A DNA stretch of 34,471 bases from Chiloscyllium plagiosum (GCF_004010195.1 NC_057718.1:16033891-16068361), one strand, 5' to 3'; shown: positions 1 through 12,933, counted from the first letter of the stretch. The notes: a model not told the origin generated them from the letters alone. Numbers and translations: made by a program.

Positions 1-807
1 ATTCAGATAAATGCGAGGTGCTGCATTTTGGGAAAGCAAATCTTAGCAGGACTTATACACTTAATGGTAAGGTCCGAGGGAGTGTTGCTGAACAAAGAGA
101 CCTTGGAATGCAGGTTCATACTTCCTTGAAAGTGGAGTCGCAGGTAGATAGGATAGTGAAGAAGGCATTTGGTATGCTTTCCTTTATTGGTCAGAATATT
201 GAGTGCTGGAGTTGGGAGGTCATGTTGCGGCTGGACAGGACATTGGTTAGGCCACTGTTGGAATATCACGTGCAATTCTGGTCTCCTTCCTATCGGAAAG
301 ATGTTGTGAAACTTGAAAGAGTTCAGAAAAGATTTACAAGGATGTTGCCAGGGTTGGTGGATCTGAGCCACAGGGAGAGGCTGAACAGGCTGGGGCTGTT
401 TTCCCTGGAGCGTTGGAGGCTGAGGGGTGACCTTATAGAGATTTACAAAATTATGGGGGGCATGACTAGGATAAATAGACAAAGTCTTTTCCCTGGGGTT
501 GGGGTGTCCAGAACTAGAGGGCATCGGTTTAGGGTGAGTGTGGAAAGATATAAAAGAGACCTAAGGGGCAACTTTTTCACGCAGAGGGTGGTATGTGTAT
601 GGAATGAACTGCCAGAGGAAGTGGTCGAGGCTGGTACAATTGCAACATTTAAGAGGCGTTTGGATGAGTATATGAATTGGAAGGGTTTGGAGGGATATGG
701 GCTGGGTGCTGGCAGGTGGGACTAAATTGGGTTGGGATATCTGGTCGGCATGGACGGGTTGGACCGAAGGATCTATTTCCATGCTGTCCAACTCTGACTC
801 TAACTCT
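1..807 (+). mobile_element. CR1-clade LINE (HER1-like), 3' part of ORF2 plus 3' UTR and microsatellite tail
   Basis: ORF 18..725 has CR1 ORF2 C-terminal motifs (LVRPLLEY..QFWSP, LERVQKRFTRM, RLRGDLIE.YKI, NFFTQRVV..WNELP). It is followed by the elasmobranch CR1 3' UTR ggttggaccgaagg..tttccatgctgt and a ctctga/ctctaa tail. Confidence 0.95.
18..725 (+). pseudogene. CR1 ORF2 C-terminal (post-RT) coding fragment, open to the window edge
   Basis: 235-aa uninterrupted frame with CR1 ORF2 motifs; 5' part lies outside the window. Confidence 0.85.
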
Positions 808-2600
808 GGCCAGCTGCTCCCACATATCTTTGTAGTAGTTAGTTTTATTAAACTGTAATACTGTTACATCTGATTCCAGCTTCTGTGTCAAACTGAAGGG
901 CCAATTCTACCATATTATTGACAATACCCCCTACGGGTTCCTTCAGCTCCCTAATCAAGTCTGCCTCATTATACAATCATCAAATTTAGAATTGACTCTT
1001 TCCTAAAGGGCTTTATCACAAATTGCTCCAAAAACCATCACATAGACATTCCATGTATTCCTTTTATTGGGATTCACTACCAACCTGATTTCCCAGTTCA
1101 CCTGCATATTGAAGTTCCCCATGATTGTCATCAGATTTTTTTAAACTCCTTTTCTGTCTCCTGATTTATTTTTTGCCCCACATCCTGACTACTGTTTAAT
1201 GGTCTACACACAACTCCCATCAGGGTCTCTTCCTTTTGTGGTCCCTCCACTTTACTATGCCTTCTGACTCTCACTTCATGCTGTTGATTTTATTTTATTT
1301 CATTTCTTACTAACGAGGCAACTTGGCTCCTTCTTCCCATCAAGACAAGCAGGAGGCTGGAAAACCCAGCAAGCCAGGCAGCATCAGGAGATGAAGTTGA
1401 TGTTTCTGGTGTAACCCTTCAGGACTCCTTCCCATCTGCCTGTCCTTTCGCTGGAATGAATATCCTTTGGATATTTAGTTCTCAGTCCTGATCCCCTTTC
1501 AGCCATGTCTGTGAAACACTCAATATTGTACCTGCCAATTTTCAATGTGTGCTACAAGCTCATTTACCTTGTTTCCTACACTGCATGCATTTCAGTACAA
1601 CACCCTCTGTCCTATTACTTGTTCGGGAAACTTTAATCTTATGCTGAGACCACCTCCTAATTTTTCCATAATTTTCTATGCCACTGAGCCCAGCCTCCAT
1701 TATTTAGTTTAAAGCCCTATCCACAACCTAAGATATGTGATTCCCCAGGACTGTTGTCCCCAGCATGATTCAGGTAGAGCCCGCCCATTGGAACAGCTTT
1801 TTCCTACCTCAGTATAGCTGCCAGTGTCCCAGGAATTTGAATCCATTTCTCCCACGTCAATCTTTGAATCGTGTATTTACCTAATGTTTTAGTCATTTTG
1901 ACCCTGTGCCAATTTGTGGTGCTCAGTCTTAATTTGGCCTCCAGTTACTCATTTACATAAAAAGAGGAAAACCATTCTGCTCAGGAAATGTCATTGGTGC
2001 CAAAATGGACTGTGACAACTGGATCTTTCTCTTCCCATTCCAAGTTTCTCTGCAGTCCAGAAGAGTCCAGGGCATGCAACACAGCTTTTGGGACTCTAGA
2101 TTCTGGCTATTGGAGAACAACATCTGTTCCCCTGACTATACTGTCTCCCATGTACAACTACATTTGTTTCTTCCCTAGCCTTGAGTGACTCCCTGTACCA
2201 CGAGACTATGGTTAGTTTGTTCACCCTCTCTGTGGCCCCACTATCATTCACACAGGTTTGTGATTCTTCTGCCTCTTAGACAAGCTCCAGGGCTGAGACT
2301 CCTTCAGTACTACTCCTTCAACCCTCTGTCTGTCTGACTCGTAGTCACGCTGTCCTATCCCTGACCACTGACTAAATTGAGGTAGTTAATCTAAGGGGTG
2401 TGACTATCTCCTGAGACAACATCCAGGTGGTTGTCTCCTTTTACTGGGTTGAAGCTCAACTATAGCTAATCGACTGCGAATTAGAATTCCTCAAGCAACC
2501 AACACTTATTGCAGATGTGGTCACTACTAACCACAACGGGTCCTCCAACTCCCATATGCAGATACGACGTGTTGCCCGGGCCCTGCATTTGTTTTAATTA
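808..2600 (-). mobile_element. Decayed CR1 5' portion: ORF1 (Zn finger, SGNH esterase) and start of ORF2
   Basis: Minus-strand remnants DHICNKC (~2500), GDSIVRGTD (~2120-2150), PVVTVHFGTND (~1990-2025), GLYLNHAG (~1760-1790) and LQFNKTNY.DMWEQLA (~810-860); many stops and frameshifts. Confidence 0.8.
1342..1427 (-). mobile_element. Short PLE-derived (hammerhead-type) mini-element, decayed
   Basis: Shares gctggaaaa..cagc..caggcagcatc..gtttc..cccttcagg with the copies at 21279, 22565 and 24677. Flanked by 9-bp direct repeat cttcccatc (1333-1341, 1428-1436). Confidence 0.7.
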
Positions 2601-2964
2601 CTTAGTTCCTAATTTGATTGAAAATCTTATATTGGTCTTTTAGTTTGTTACCTGTAAATATTTCTATTTACCTTTTTTAATCTGAAAGTAACCTATAATG
2701 GTCAAATTAGTAGCTACATAAAGCAATGTCCTTGCAGTTTGTCCTGTGATGTCATGCTTTTTGTGCCGGGCCCTTGTGCCTAGCCTTCAATTGATCTTGT
2801 TCAGAAAAACCTTACAGCTTAATACAAAGCAAAAGTACCTCTTCCTCTCTGTACCAAATGCCCAAGCTGCCTTCAAACTCCCCCAAACTATTCACTCATT
2901 GGACTGTATCTTGCTCTGGATGTGATCTCTCGTTCCTGATTTGCAAAGATTGAGTACTATACCT

Positions 2965-3565
2965 AGTTTGCAGATGACACTGTAAGGAATGGAGCATAAA
3001 AGTTAGGGAGGTTTTGCTAAAATTGTACAAGTCACTGCTGGAATACAGTGAATAGTTTTGGATCCACTATCTAAGGAAAGAGGAAGCATTGGAGGCAGTC
3101 CAGTGAAGGCTCATTAGGCTGATACCAGATATGGAGGGGCTGTCTTATGAGAAAAGGATGAGTAGATTGGGCCTGTACTCCTTGCAATAAAGAAGAATAA
3201 ATGGTAACCTTATTGAAACATACGATTCTTATGGGACTTGACAGAGTAGATGTGGATACATTGATTCTCCCTGTGGGAGAGTCTAGGAGTAGAGGACATC
3301 ACAGAGTAAGGGGCTACATGGTTAGGACAGATGAGAAGAAATTTCTCCTGAGGATTGTGAATCTGTGAAATTTCTTTGCTGTAGCAGGCAGTCAAGGCTG
3401 ACTCATTAGGTATATTCATGGCTGAGGTACACACCTTTTTAATCAGTAAGAGAATCAAGGGTAAAGAGGGGAGAAAAGCAGCAAAGTGGAATTGAGGATT
3501 GTTGGATCAGCCGTGATTTGGTTGAATGGCTAAGCAGAATCAATGGCTGTCATCTTCTATATCTT
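2965..3565 (+). mobile_element. CR1 LINE 3' fragment, decayed and internally deleted
   Basis: tttgcagatgacac (FADD), then ORF2 C-terminal remnants and a CR1-type 3' UTR ggatcagcc.tgat..ttgaatgg. Confidence 0.8.
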
Positions 3566-3772
3566 CGAGAAGATCTGATATCTTTGTAGCCATAAGGCTC
3601 TTGAGTGACATTTGGGATTTTGTGAATTCAAGTCTGCCTTTAGGTCTCCTTGGGCTCAGTTGCTCTTAAATTGTCAGAATGACTTTCTTCATTGGATGTG
3701 CCTTATATCTGGTTGTGATAGTTGACATCGTAAAATAGTTTATGATCCAGTTGAATGGCAGAGCAGCCTCGA

Positions 3773-4211
3773 GGGTTTGAGCTATAGGGAGAGGCTGAGT
3801 GGGCTGGGGCTGTCCTCTCTGGAATGTCAGAGGCTGAGGAGTGACCTTTATAGAAGTTCATAAAATCATGACTGGCATGGATAGGGTAAATAGGTCTTTT
3901 TCCTGGGGTGGGGATGTCCAGAGCTAGGGGGCAAAGGTTTAAGGTGAGGGCAAAGATTTAAACAGGACCTAAAGGAGCAATGTTTTCTCACACTGTGTGT
4001 GTATGGAATGAGCTGTTAGAGGAAGTGGTGGAGGTTGGTACAATTACATAATTTCAAAGGCATCTGCATGGGTATATGAATAAGAAGGGTTTAGAGGGAT
4101 GGGGGCAAAGTACTGGCAAGTGGGATGAGATTCATTCGGAATATCTGATCGTCATGGCTGAGTTGGACCGAAGGGTCTGTTTCCAATCTATACATCTGAC
4201 TGTATGACTCT
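3773..4211 (+). mobile_element. CR1 LINE (HER1-like) 3' fragment
   Basis: Clear paralog of ~350-807 (gagctatagggagaggctga..., gagttggaccgaagggtctgtttcc, tail tatgactct). Confidence 0.9.
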
Positions 4212-4554
4212 TGTGCCATAGTGATGGTAAAAGGTTGTGGAAATAGGGATTCAGGCCCAGATCAGATGATTTAGGTCAAAATATTCACTTTTGATGTTTT
4301 GAATGTGAAATGCTTTTGGACAGTTTAGATCTATTTATTGGATTTGCAGTATAGTTTAGCTGTACATGGCTGGGTTTTATGCCAGGTACTGATTTTAATT
4401 TGCTGCAGGTACTGGTGATTCTTTAATGTTAACCACACTTAGTTGCTTTCTGGGGGTCTTCAATTGGAATTTAGTCAGCATCCTAATGTACTTGCTATTA
4501 TTGTTATAATCGAAGATTACAGATCCCCTTGTCTTTTCTATGTGAACAGTTCAT

Positions 4555-6115
4555 TTGGAGTCATCCCTTCAGTCCAACCAGACTTCCCAATCTGACCTAG
4601 TCCCATTTTGTCAGCATTTGGCCCATATCCCACTGTACCCATCCAGATGCCTTTTTAAATGTTGTAATTGTATCCACCAATACTTCCCCCGGCTGCTCGT
4701 TTTATATGCACACCACCTACTGAATGAGGAAGTTATCTCTCTGATCCTATTTTTTTAAAAAATGTCTTTCCCCTATTACTTGTGGTGATGCCCCTTTAGC
4801 AAAGTTATGTTGTCCTTGGCTTTTCTCGAGGGGTCGTAAAGGCAGAGGTTCTGGTATGTCTGGAAATGGCTATTTGAACAATGGCAGGGGAGCGTCCCGT
4901 TCTCCCAGTTCAGGTTTTACTTGTTTGCTTGCGAACACAAAAAACAATCCGAAAACTGGGGACCTAGAGAAACAACTACAGTGAAAAGCATTTCTATGCT
5001 ACAACAAAGGTCTTCCCTGAACATTCTCTCTGAAAACTCTCCTGTCTGTAAGAATTTGAGTTTGACATTACCTTTTGCCAAGGAGTGTGTTTATGGGATG
5101 TTGCAGGTTTGCGATTATAATGTTGGGCTTTCAAATAAGTTGATCCAAATTCAGTTTTCTTTTGTTTCATCTGTAGTATTTAAATTCTGTTTTGTTTAAA
5201 GCTCTGGTTTGACCAGCTGCGTCATTCCTGGAATATCCACTTTTTATTTTTTTCTAAAGGCAGATATAAAGTTAGGGTCTGATCTACATTCTTAAAATGT
5301 TTTAATGGGGTCTGCCCTGGTCCATAACACCTTAAACCTATGCTCTGTATTTCTGAATTCCTCCACCCCAGTAGAAAGACTTTGTCTATTCACCTTATCC
5401 CATGCCCCTTATGATTTTACAAACCTCTATTAGGTCACCCCTTATCCTCCACTCCAGGGGAAAAAAAGAAGCCCTAGTCTATCCAGCTTCTCCCTATAAC
5501 TGAAAACCCCTTCAGTGTCCTGACAACATCCTTGTAAATCTTTTCTGTACCCCTCAAGTTTAACAAATCCTTCCTAGAGAAGGTTTATTAGAATTCTACA
5601 TAGTATTCTGAAAGTGGCCTCATTCATGTCCTGTACAACTGCCATATGATGTCCCAGCTTCAATCTCAATTTTCTGACCTATGAAAGCAAGTGTGCCAGT
5701 GCTGCTTTCACCACCCTGTCTACCTGTGATTCTACTTCCAAGGACCTATGCACTTGTGCCTCAAGGTATCTTTGTTTGGTAGCATTCCCTGGGGCCGTAC
5801 CATTAAGTATACAAGTCCTGCCCTGATTTGCCTTGCCAAAATGCAGCACCTCACATTTATCTAAATGAAACTCCATCTGCTACCCCTTGGTCCATTGGCC
5901 CATTTGATCAATGTCCCGTTGTACTCTGAGTTAAACTTCACTGTCCATTGTACTTATTTTGCAATAAGTAATCTGCGAACGTTCTAACTATACCTCCTAT
6001 ATTCTCATCCGAATCATTTGTATAATGAAAAGCAGTACGCTCAGCATAGACCCTTGTGGCATACTAGTGGTAACAGGCCTCCAGACTGAAAAGCAACCAT
6101 CTACCACTACCCTTA
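4555..6115 (-). mobile_element. CR1 LINE (HER1-like) 3' fragment interrupted by an LTR
   Basis: Minus-strand ORFs MEFHLDKCEVLHFGKANQ (5679..5876) and VVVDGCFSVWRPVT.SMPQGS (5997..6206). 3' UTR near 4555-4620; sequence resumes on both sides of 4781-5329. Confidence 0.88.
4781..5329. mobile_element. Putative solo LTR (549 bp)
   Basis: Non-CR1 insert bounded by TGT...ACA (tgtggtgatg...ggtccataaca). Its right end matches 12934-13002 and 18736-18813 in reverse complement. No clean TSD seen. Confidence 0.7.
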
Positions 6116-6732
6116 AAAGAATAAAGGTTCTAAAACAGGGCTCTTTAATTTGGTTTTTCATGTTTTTAAGATGTTTAAGTTCCAAGTAATTTACTTTGTG
6201 CGCCATGTGCAGGAACTGCTGAATTTTAATCGGATTAGGATTCCACGTACAGGATATAGTCTTGCTAGACGAGTTTAAGTAATAATGGATAAGTATTGAT
6301 GGCTAAGTCAAAATATTGATAATTACATTCTTGTATTCAATTAAGATATGGTTAATCAAAGCCCAGTTTTTTTTGTAATGGTTTGAAAATCTAAGGACAA
6401 TAGTATGGTATTTTAGAAACGATAATTTTAGCATAGGAGGCCCCTATTTTGATTGTGATTTTTAGTGGGCTCACTTTTGTGTCATCTCACTTACTTGATT
6501 TCTGTTCAAATTAAGTTCATTTTCTTCTATCTTTTTATTTTGAGTAATTACTTTCCTTGCACGTGTTGGTTTAGCATTGCCACTTGCAAAGCATTCCACA
6601 TTATGGTAATTCTTGGATCTTTATTAAATATCTAATATTTATCTTGAATATTAAATAAATCAAAATTATTACAATGGAAATAATTTGTTACTTATAGTAA
6701 TTTTGAAAACCCTTAATTTCATCCCAGCCTAT

Positions 6733-7018
6733 GATTAGATTACTTAGTGTGGAAACAGGCCCTTCGGCCCACACCGACCCGCCAAAGCACAACCCACCCA
6801 GACCCATTCCCCTACATTTACCCCTGCCTCTAACACTATAGGCAATTTAGCATGGCCAATTCACCTAACTTGCACATCTTTGGACTGTGGGGGGAAACCA
6901 GAGCACCTGGAGGAAACCCATGCAAACACTGGGAGAATGTGCAAACTCCACAGTTAGTCGCCTGAGGTGGGAATTGAACCCGGGTCTCTGGCACAGTGAG
7001 GCAACAGTGCTAACCACT
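6733..7018 (-). mobile_element. HE1-type tRNA-derived V-SINE
   Basis: Minus strand: tRNA-like head with partial A box (agtggttagcactg) and B box (gggttcaattcc). V-domain tggagtttgcacattctccc..gggtttcctcc..gtgctctggtttcc. CR1-like tail gggccgaagggcctgtttccacact. Confidence 0.92.
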
Positions 7019-7344
7019 TTGGTTTAAATCAATACAGCCATATTTGCTCAGGTTATTTGTAATATTGACTTCGTGCTGGTGTCATTTTGGAAATTGTGCA
7101 TTTTTTCCAGGGCTATTGTCCTCCATCTATATATAGAGGAACTCAAAATTGTTTAATATTCCAGATATAGCCTGCCATTGTATGCAGTCATGGTTCACTA
7201 CATCTTTTTTTTTTATAATTCAGTCCCTTTTCAATAGAAAAGTCTTATTATCTTAAAAGGTAGCACAGATTTTAAAATTAAGGAGATTTTTATTTATACT
7301 TTGCATTGTTCTTCCTTTCATTGGAAAAGTTATTATTTGTTCCT

Positions 7345-8230
7345 CCTGCAGGATGTTTGAGGTAGGGGTGACCACTGATGCTCCTGCCGACTTCATTTGC
7401 AGGAAATGCAGTCAGCTCCTCCTCACAGAACGCGTTAGGGAACTGGAGCTGGCGTTGGATGAACTGAGGATTATTTGAGAGGGTAATAGATAGAAGCTAC
7501 AGGGACATAGTTACGCCAGAGAACAGTTAGCTGGGTAACGGTTAGAAGTGGGAAGGGGAGGAAACAGGCAGTGCAGGGATTCCCTGTGGTCGTTCCCCTC
7601 AACAATAAGTATACCGCTTTGGATACTGTGGTTGGGGGTGGAGGCCTAGCAGGGGTAAGCTGCAGTGACCGGGTCTCTGGCACGAGGTCCGGCTCTGAGG
7701 CTCAGAAGGGAAAGTGGGAGAGGAGGAGAGCGGTAGTTATAGGAGACTCTATAGTTAGAGGGACGGACAGGCGGTTCTGTGGACGTGGGCGAGACTCTTG
7801 GATGGTTTGTTGCCTCCCGGGTGCCAGGGTCCATGATGTCTTGGACCGTGTCTTCAGAATTCTTAAGGGGGAGGGTGTGCAGCCAGAAGTTGTGGTGCAC
7901 GTTGGCACCAATGACATAGGTAGGAAGAGGGATGGGGAGGTCATTGAGGAGCTCAGGGAGTTAGGCTGGAAGCTAAAAGCTAGGACGGACAGAGTCGTCA
8001 TCTCTGGGTTGTTGTCGGTGCCACGTGACAGTGAGGCAAGGAATAGGGAGAGAGTGCAGTTGAACACGTGGCTGCAAGGATGGTGTAGGAGGGAGGATTG
8101 TTTCTGATTTCTGAATGATTCGAATCACGTCCAGTGCACGTGGGAATTGTACAAAAAGAAATGTGTGCACTTTAACTGGAGGGGTGCCAACATCCTGAAA
8201 GGAAGGTATGTTCGTGCAGATTTAAGCTAA
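7345..8230 (+). mobile_element. CR1 ORF1 region (Zn finger/leucine zipper plus SGNH esterase)
   Basis: SCRMFE...DFICRKCSQL at ~7345-7420. ORF 7571..8107 has AVVIGDSIVRGTD, VCCLPGARV, VVVHVGTND and VVISGLL. Confidence 0.9.
7571..8107 (+). pseudogene. CR1 ORF1 esterase (GDSL/SGNH) domain fragment
   Basis: GDS, GA and GTND blocks of the SGNH fold; disrupted on both sides. Confidence 0.85.
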
Positions 8231-8624
8231 TGATACAGGAGGCTGGGAAGCAAAGCAGCAGATCAGAAACTGAGCAGAAAGTAAAGGTTTATCGTATAAA
8301 CAGGCAGAGCCAGTTAAATGACCATGCTGAGGGAAGGAATCATAACAATTCTAAAAGTCTGAAAGTGGTCTCATCATTAAACTGTAAACTTTCCTATTTC
8401 TAAATGTGTTTCGTTTTAACGTATTTCAAGATTTATAATCCCTCCAGAAAAGGGTGATGTTGATGCAGAGGTTTGTTTTGTGATCCAGGTTCTCCGTTCC
8501 TCGTGCTTCAGTTTCGCAGTCTGTTCATTGAAATAATACACTGCTTTCCCATTCAACTCGCCAAAGTGCTCAAACACAGATACATTTTCCCAACTATGAT
8601 CCAAAGACCAATATTTCGAAATAT

Positions 8625-8740
8625 CAAAGAACAAAGAAAATTTACAGCTCAGGAACAGGCCCTTCGGCCCTCCAAACCTGAGCCAATCCAAATGTACTGT
8701 CTAAACTTGTTGCCCAATTCCTAAGTATCTGCATCACTCT
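8625..8740 (-). mobile_element. CR1 3' end stub
   Basis: Minus strand ...gggccgaagggcctgttcctgagctgtaaattttctttgttcttt, a typical CR1 3' terminus with microsatellite tail. Confidence 0.8.
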
Positions 8741-8741
8741 T

Positions 8742-10829
8742 GTCCAGGAAGCTTTTCTAACTCAGTATGTAGATTGTCCGACCAGGGGGGAGGCCATATT
8801 GGATTTGTACTTGGTAATGAACCGGGACGATTGATGGGCTTGTTAGTGGGTGAACATTTTGATGATGGTGACCACAATTCTGTGACTTTCACCTTGGTTA
8901 TGGAGAGAGCGAGAGAGGTGCATGCAAAAGGGTAGGTTTTACAATTGAGGGAAGGGTAAATACGATGCTGCAAGACAGGAACTGAGGAGCAAAAGTTGGG
9001 AGCATAGGCTGTCAGGGAAGGATGTCGTGGAAATGTGGAACTTTTTCAAGGAACAGATACGACGTGTCCTTGATATGTATGTACCTGTCAGGCAGGAAAG
9101 AGATGGTCGTGTGAGGGAACCTTGGTTGACGAGGGAGGTTGAATGTCTAGTGAAGAGGAAGAAGGAGGCTTACATAAGGTTGAGGAAACAAGGTTCAGAC
9201 AGAGGGTTGGAGGGATACAGGATAGCCAGAAGGGAGCTGAAGAAAGGGATTAGGAGAGCTAAGAGAGGGCATGAAAAGTCTTTGGCGGGTAGGATCGAGG
9301 ATAACCTCAAGGCATTTTGTGTGTATGTGAGAAACATGAGAATGACGAGAATGAGGGTAGGTCCGATCAAGGACAGTAGTTGGGAGACTGTGTATTGAGT
9401 CGGAAGAGATAGGAGAGGTCTTGAATGAGTACTTTTCTTCGGTATTTACAAACGAGAGGGACCATATTGTTGAAGAGGAGAGTGTGAAACGGACTGGTAA
9501 GCTAGAGGAGATACTTGTTAGGAAGGAAGATGTGTTGGGCATTTTGAATAATTTGAGGATAGACAAGTCCCCCGGGCCTGACGGGATATATCTTAGGATT
9601 ATGTGGGAAGCAAGAGAGGAAATTGCAGAGCCGTTGGCAATGATCTTTTCGTCTTCACTGTCAACGAGGGTGGTACCAGGGGACTGAGAGTGGCGAATGT
9701 TGTGCCCCTGTTCAAAAAAAGGAATAGGGCTAACCCCAGGAATTACAGGCCAGTTAGTCTTTCTTCGGTGGTAGGCAAAGTAATGGAAAGGGTACTGAGG
9801 GATAGGATTTATGAGTATCTGGAAAGACACTGCGTGATTAGGGATACCCAGCACGGATTTGTGAAGGGATAGGTCTTGCCTTACAAGTCTTATTGAATTC
9901 TTTGAGGAGGTGACCAAGCATGTGGATGAGGGTAGAGCAGTGGATGTAATGTACATGGATTTTAGTAAGGCATTTGATAAGGTTCCCCATGGTAGGCTTT
10001 TGCGGAAAGTCAGGAGGCATGGGATAGGGGGAAATTTGGCCAGTTGGATAGAAAACTGGCTAACCGGTCGAAGTCAGAGAGTGGTGGTCGATGGTAAATA
10101 TTCAGCATGGAGCCCAGTTACAAGTGGAGTTCCGCAGGGATCAGTTCTGGGTCCTCTGCTGTTTGTAATTTTTATTAATGACTTGGAAGAGGGAGTCTAA
10201 AGGTGGGTCAGTAAATTTGCAGACGATACGAAGATTGGTGGAGTTGTGGATAGTGAGGAGGGCTGTTGTCGGCTGCAAAGGGACTTAGATATGATGCAGA
10301 GCTGGGCTGAGGAGTGGCAGATGGAGTTCAACCCTGCCAAGTGTGAGGTTGTCCATTTTCGCCTCACTTTAGGAAAGATGTGGAAGCTTTAGAGAGGGTG
10401 CAGAGAAGATTTACCAGGATGTTGCCTGGAATGGAGAATAGGTTGTACGAGGATAGGTTGAGAGTGCTAGGCCTTTTCTCATTGGAACGGCGAAGGATGA
10501 GGGGTGACTTGATAGCGGTTTATAAGATGATCAGAGGAATAGGTAGAGTAGACAGTCAGAAACTTTTTCCCTGGGTACAAAGTGTTACAAGGGGACATAA
10601 ATCTAAGGTGAAGGGTGGAAGGTATAGGGGGGATGTCAGGGGTAGGTTCTTTACCCAAAGAGTGGTGGGGGCATGGAATGCGCTGCCTGTGGGAGTGGCA
10701 GAGTCAGAATCATTGACCTTCAAGCGGCAATTGGATAGGTACGTGGATGGGTGCTTAAGCTAGGACAAATATTCGGCCCAACATCGTGGGCAGAACGACC
10801 TGTTCTGTGCCGTATTGTTCTGTGTTCTA
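8742..10829 (+). mobile_element. CR1 LINE ORF2 (EN C-terminus, RT) to 3' end, frameshifted, with internal deletion near 10360
   Basis: [56 protein letters not shown] and FADD (~10215). Tail gttctgt-like repeats. Confidence 0.95.
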
Positions 10830-11479
10830 TTGTGGTAAATCTCCATTCTATAATTTTGTTCTCTCTGTGGGTTTTCTTTTTCTGCATTAAACTGCTGACT
10901 TCATGTCCATTCTCTGATCTATTCATTCCCTGCTTTAGTCTTCTGCATTTTTCTTGACAGTTTGCTAGTTCTAATCTGATATAAGCATTAAAGTCCATCT
11001 CAGTTTAATATATGCATATGATTCAATATTAGTTTCCTTTGCCTGGTATGTCATCACCAAGAGTCTCAAGGTCGACCATGTCAGACTTTTAACGGGCCCC
11101 CATTGTTGTAACCACCCTGTTTCTCTAATACAATGGATATCACAATCAAAAGATTCTCATGCTCCCATTTTCTGTTCTTGCTACTTTTTAAATAGTTTGC
11201 TGTTCTTTGTTTTAACTCTGAGGAATCATTCAAACAACTGAATTTTTTGTGATTTTAACCCTTTCAGTTTATTTGCCTTTCTAATATATTTTTAAAAATC
11301 TTTATCATCTCCTATGTAAATATATAGCATTTTCCCACACGATCTATAGAATATTTTCTACTGTCAGTACAATCAGTTTTTTGAAACATGACCTATCCAT
11401 CCCAAATATTCAATCATCCTTCTAATCATTTATTCATTGCCTTTGGCATCTATGGCATATTTAAGGAATTCAGTTAGCT

Positions 11480-11620
11480 TATGACCTACTTGTCTTTAAA
11501 CAACTGTGTAAAACATCTGTCAATTTGTAGTCATTTGGCACAATTTCCATTAGTAATGAATTTTGAAAAATCTTAGACCCTGTGATTCTTATTTCCTTCA
11601 GTACTTTGGAATATGTCCAC
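11480..11620 (-). mobile_element. Old CR1 RT remnant
   Basis: YSKVLKE..KIFQNSL..IVPNDYK in ORF 11479..11694. Confidence 0.6.

Positions 11621-11621
<1 letters not shown>

Positions 11622-11651
<30 letters not shown>
11622..11651. repeat. Poly-C tract (30 nt)
   Basis: Direct observation. Confidence 0.95.
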
Positions 11652-11653
<2 letters not shown>

Positions 11654-12933
11654 CCCCTTGCGTGCACTCGAGCTGCTAGTTTTGGATCTTGCATTCTGTC
11701 TCATGTCTGCATTCTCTCCCTCACCCTGTCAAATTTCTCTTGAGTGCTGGTTTTACTATTGGTGGTTAGATGGCTGCTGGATGGTAAAAAATGAAAAACA
11801 TAAGGGAGTTGCCTTTTAATTTCAGCAAGACCTCTTAAATTTCCTGATCACTCTGCAATCATCCAGCTGTTGTACCCTCACCTGCACTTCTGATAAATGG
11901 AAGACCCAATGTTTCTTGATTTATGATAAATATGTAATAGTACAAAGGTCTTTTTCAAACTAATTTCTTTCAGTCCTTCCATATTCTAGCATCCCCATTC
12001 CTGTTAAGGGTAATTTCTGACTCACCATGAAAGTAAAATTGAGGGAAATCTGATATTAAGAACAATACAAGGATAAACAGTTAGTAATACCTGATTGTTT
12101 CAAAGTGAGTGGAGAGTTATAGTGATCAAAACTACATAAATGTATTTGCAACCTAGTATATTATTTATGAACCAAAAATGACTTCCCTCTGTGCTGAATA
12201 TGGTGCAGAGTTTTGCATGTAAAATGATAGCTTCTGCACACAATCTAATCAAATGCACTAAAAATGAAACCTTCGTTCTTTATGATTTAAAAACAAACAT
12301 TTAAATTATCTTTAACATGAAAGCTCCAGGTAAAACTACAGTAGTTGCTGAATTGCATTTTTGCATTGGTACTGCGCAATGCAAATTGATTTAATGTACT
12401 GTTTTTGTGCAGAAGTAAAGAATTCCTAAGTACAGGAAACAGACTACTTGTAATACTGCTGGTATTCTTAGTTGAATTGCCCTTGACCTTTGTTTGAATG
12501 TAATGAGGAAATGTGTTGTTTTTGGCATTTTCTGAGAACCTGATGACCAATAACACATCTGATTTTTAAAGTATTTTTAAAATCCAATATCACTGAATCA
12601 TTAATCTTCCTGTCTTTTCCATTGTTCTTGAATCTGCATTCATTTACCCTGCATGTTACTTATGAATTTGGAGCAGGGGTGATCTCTTCATCTACTACAG
12701 TCTGGTCTGTTATTCAGTTAGGTTACAGCTGAATTGACCGACCTCCAACCGACATTTCCATCTACCCTTTCAATCCCTTACTGGACAACAATCCATCTCC
12801 GCCTTCAAATTAAAATCAAGGACTTTGCCTCATCACCCTTTTTCAAGAAAACTGTTCCAAAGATACACTATCCTCCTTGAGAATTTTTATCAATACATGA
12901 TTTTAAAAAGGTTGATCACTTTGTTCTGGGTAC

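Noticed and set aside
3..524. 173-aa minus-strand ORF (also 9195..9956, 7702..8067, 18108..18509, 31355..31744)
   Set aside because: Antisense shadows of CR1, L1 or ERV coding frames; no independent motifs.
6950..7018. tRNA-like sequence with A and B boxes
   Set aside because: It is the 5'-truncated head of a V-SINE, not a complete cloverleaf tRNA gene.
8416..8691. 91-aa minus-strand ORF as a novel gene
   Set aside because: Starts inside a CR1 3' tail and has no recognisable domain.
11479..11819. Poly-Gly and poly-Pro ORFs (also 29460..29702)
   Set aside because: Translations of homopolymer C runs.
12360..12385. 9-bp hairpin tttgcattg..caatgcaaa
   Set aside because: Too short to be distinguished from chance in AT-rich DNA; no miRNA-length stem.
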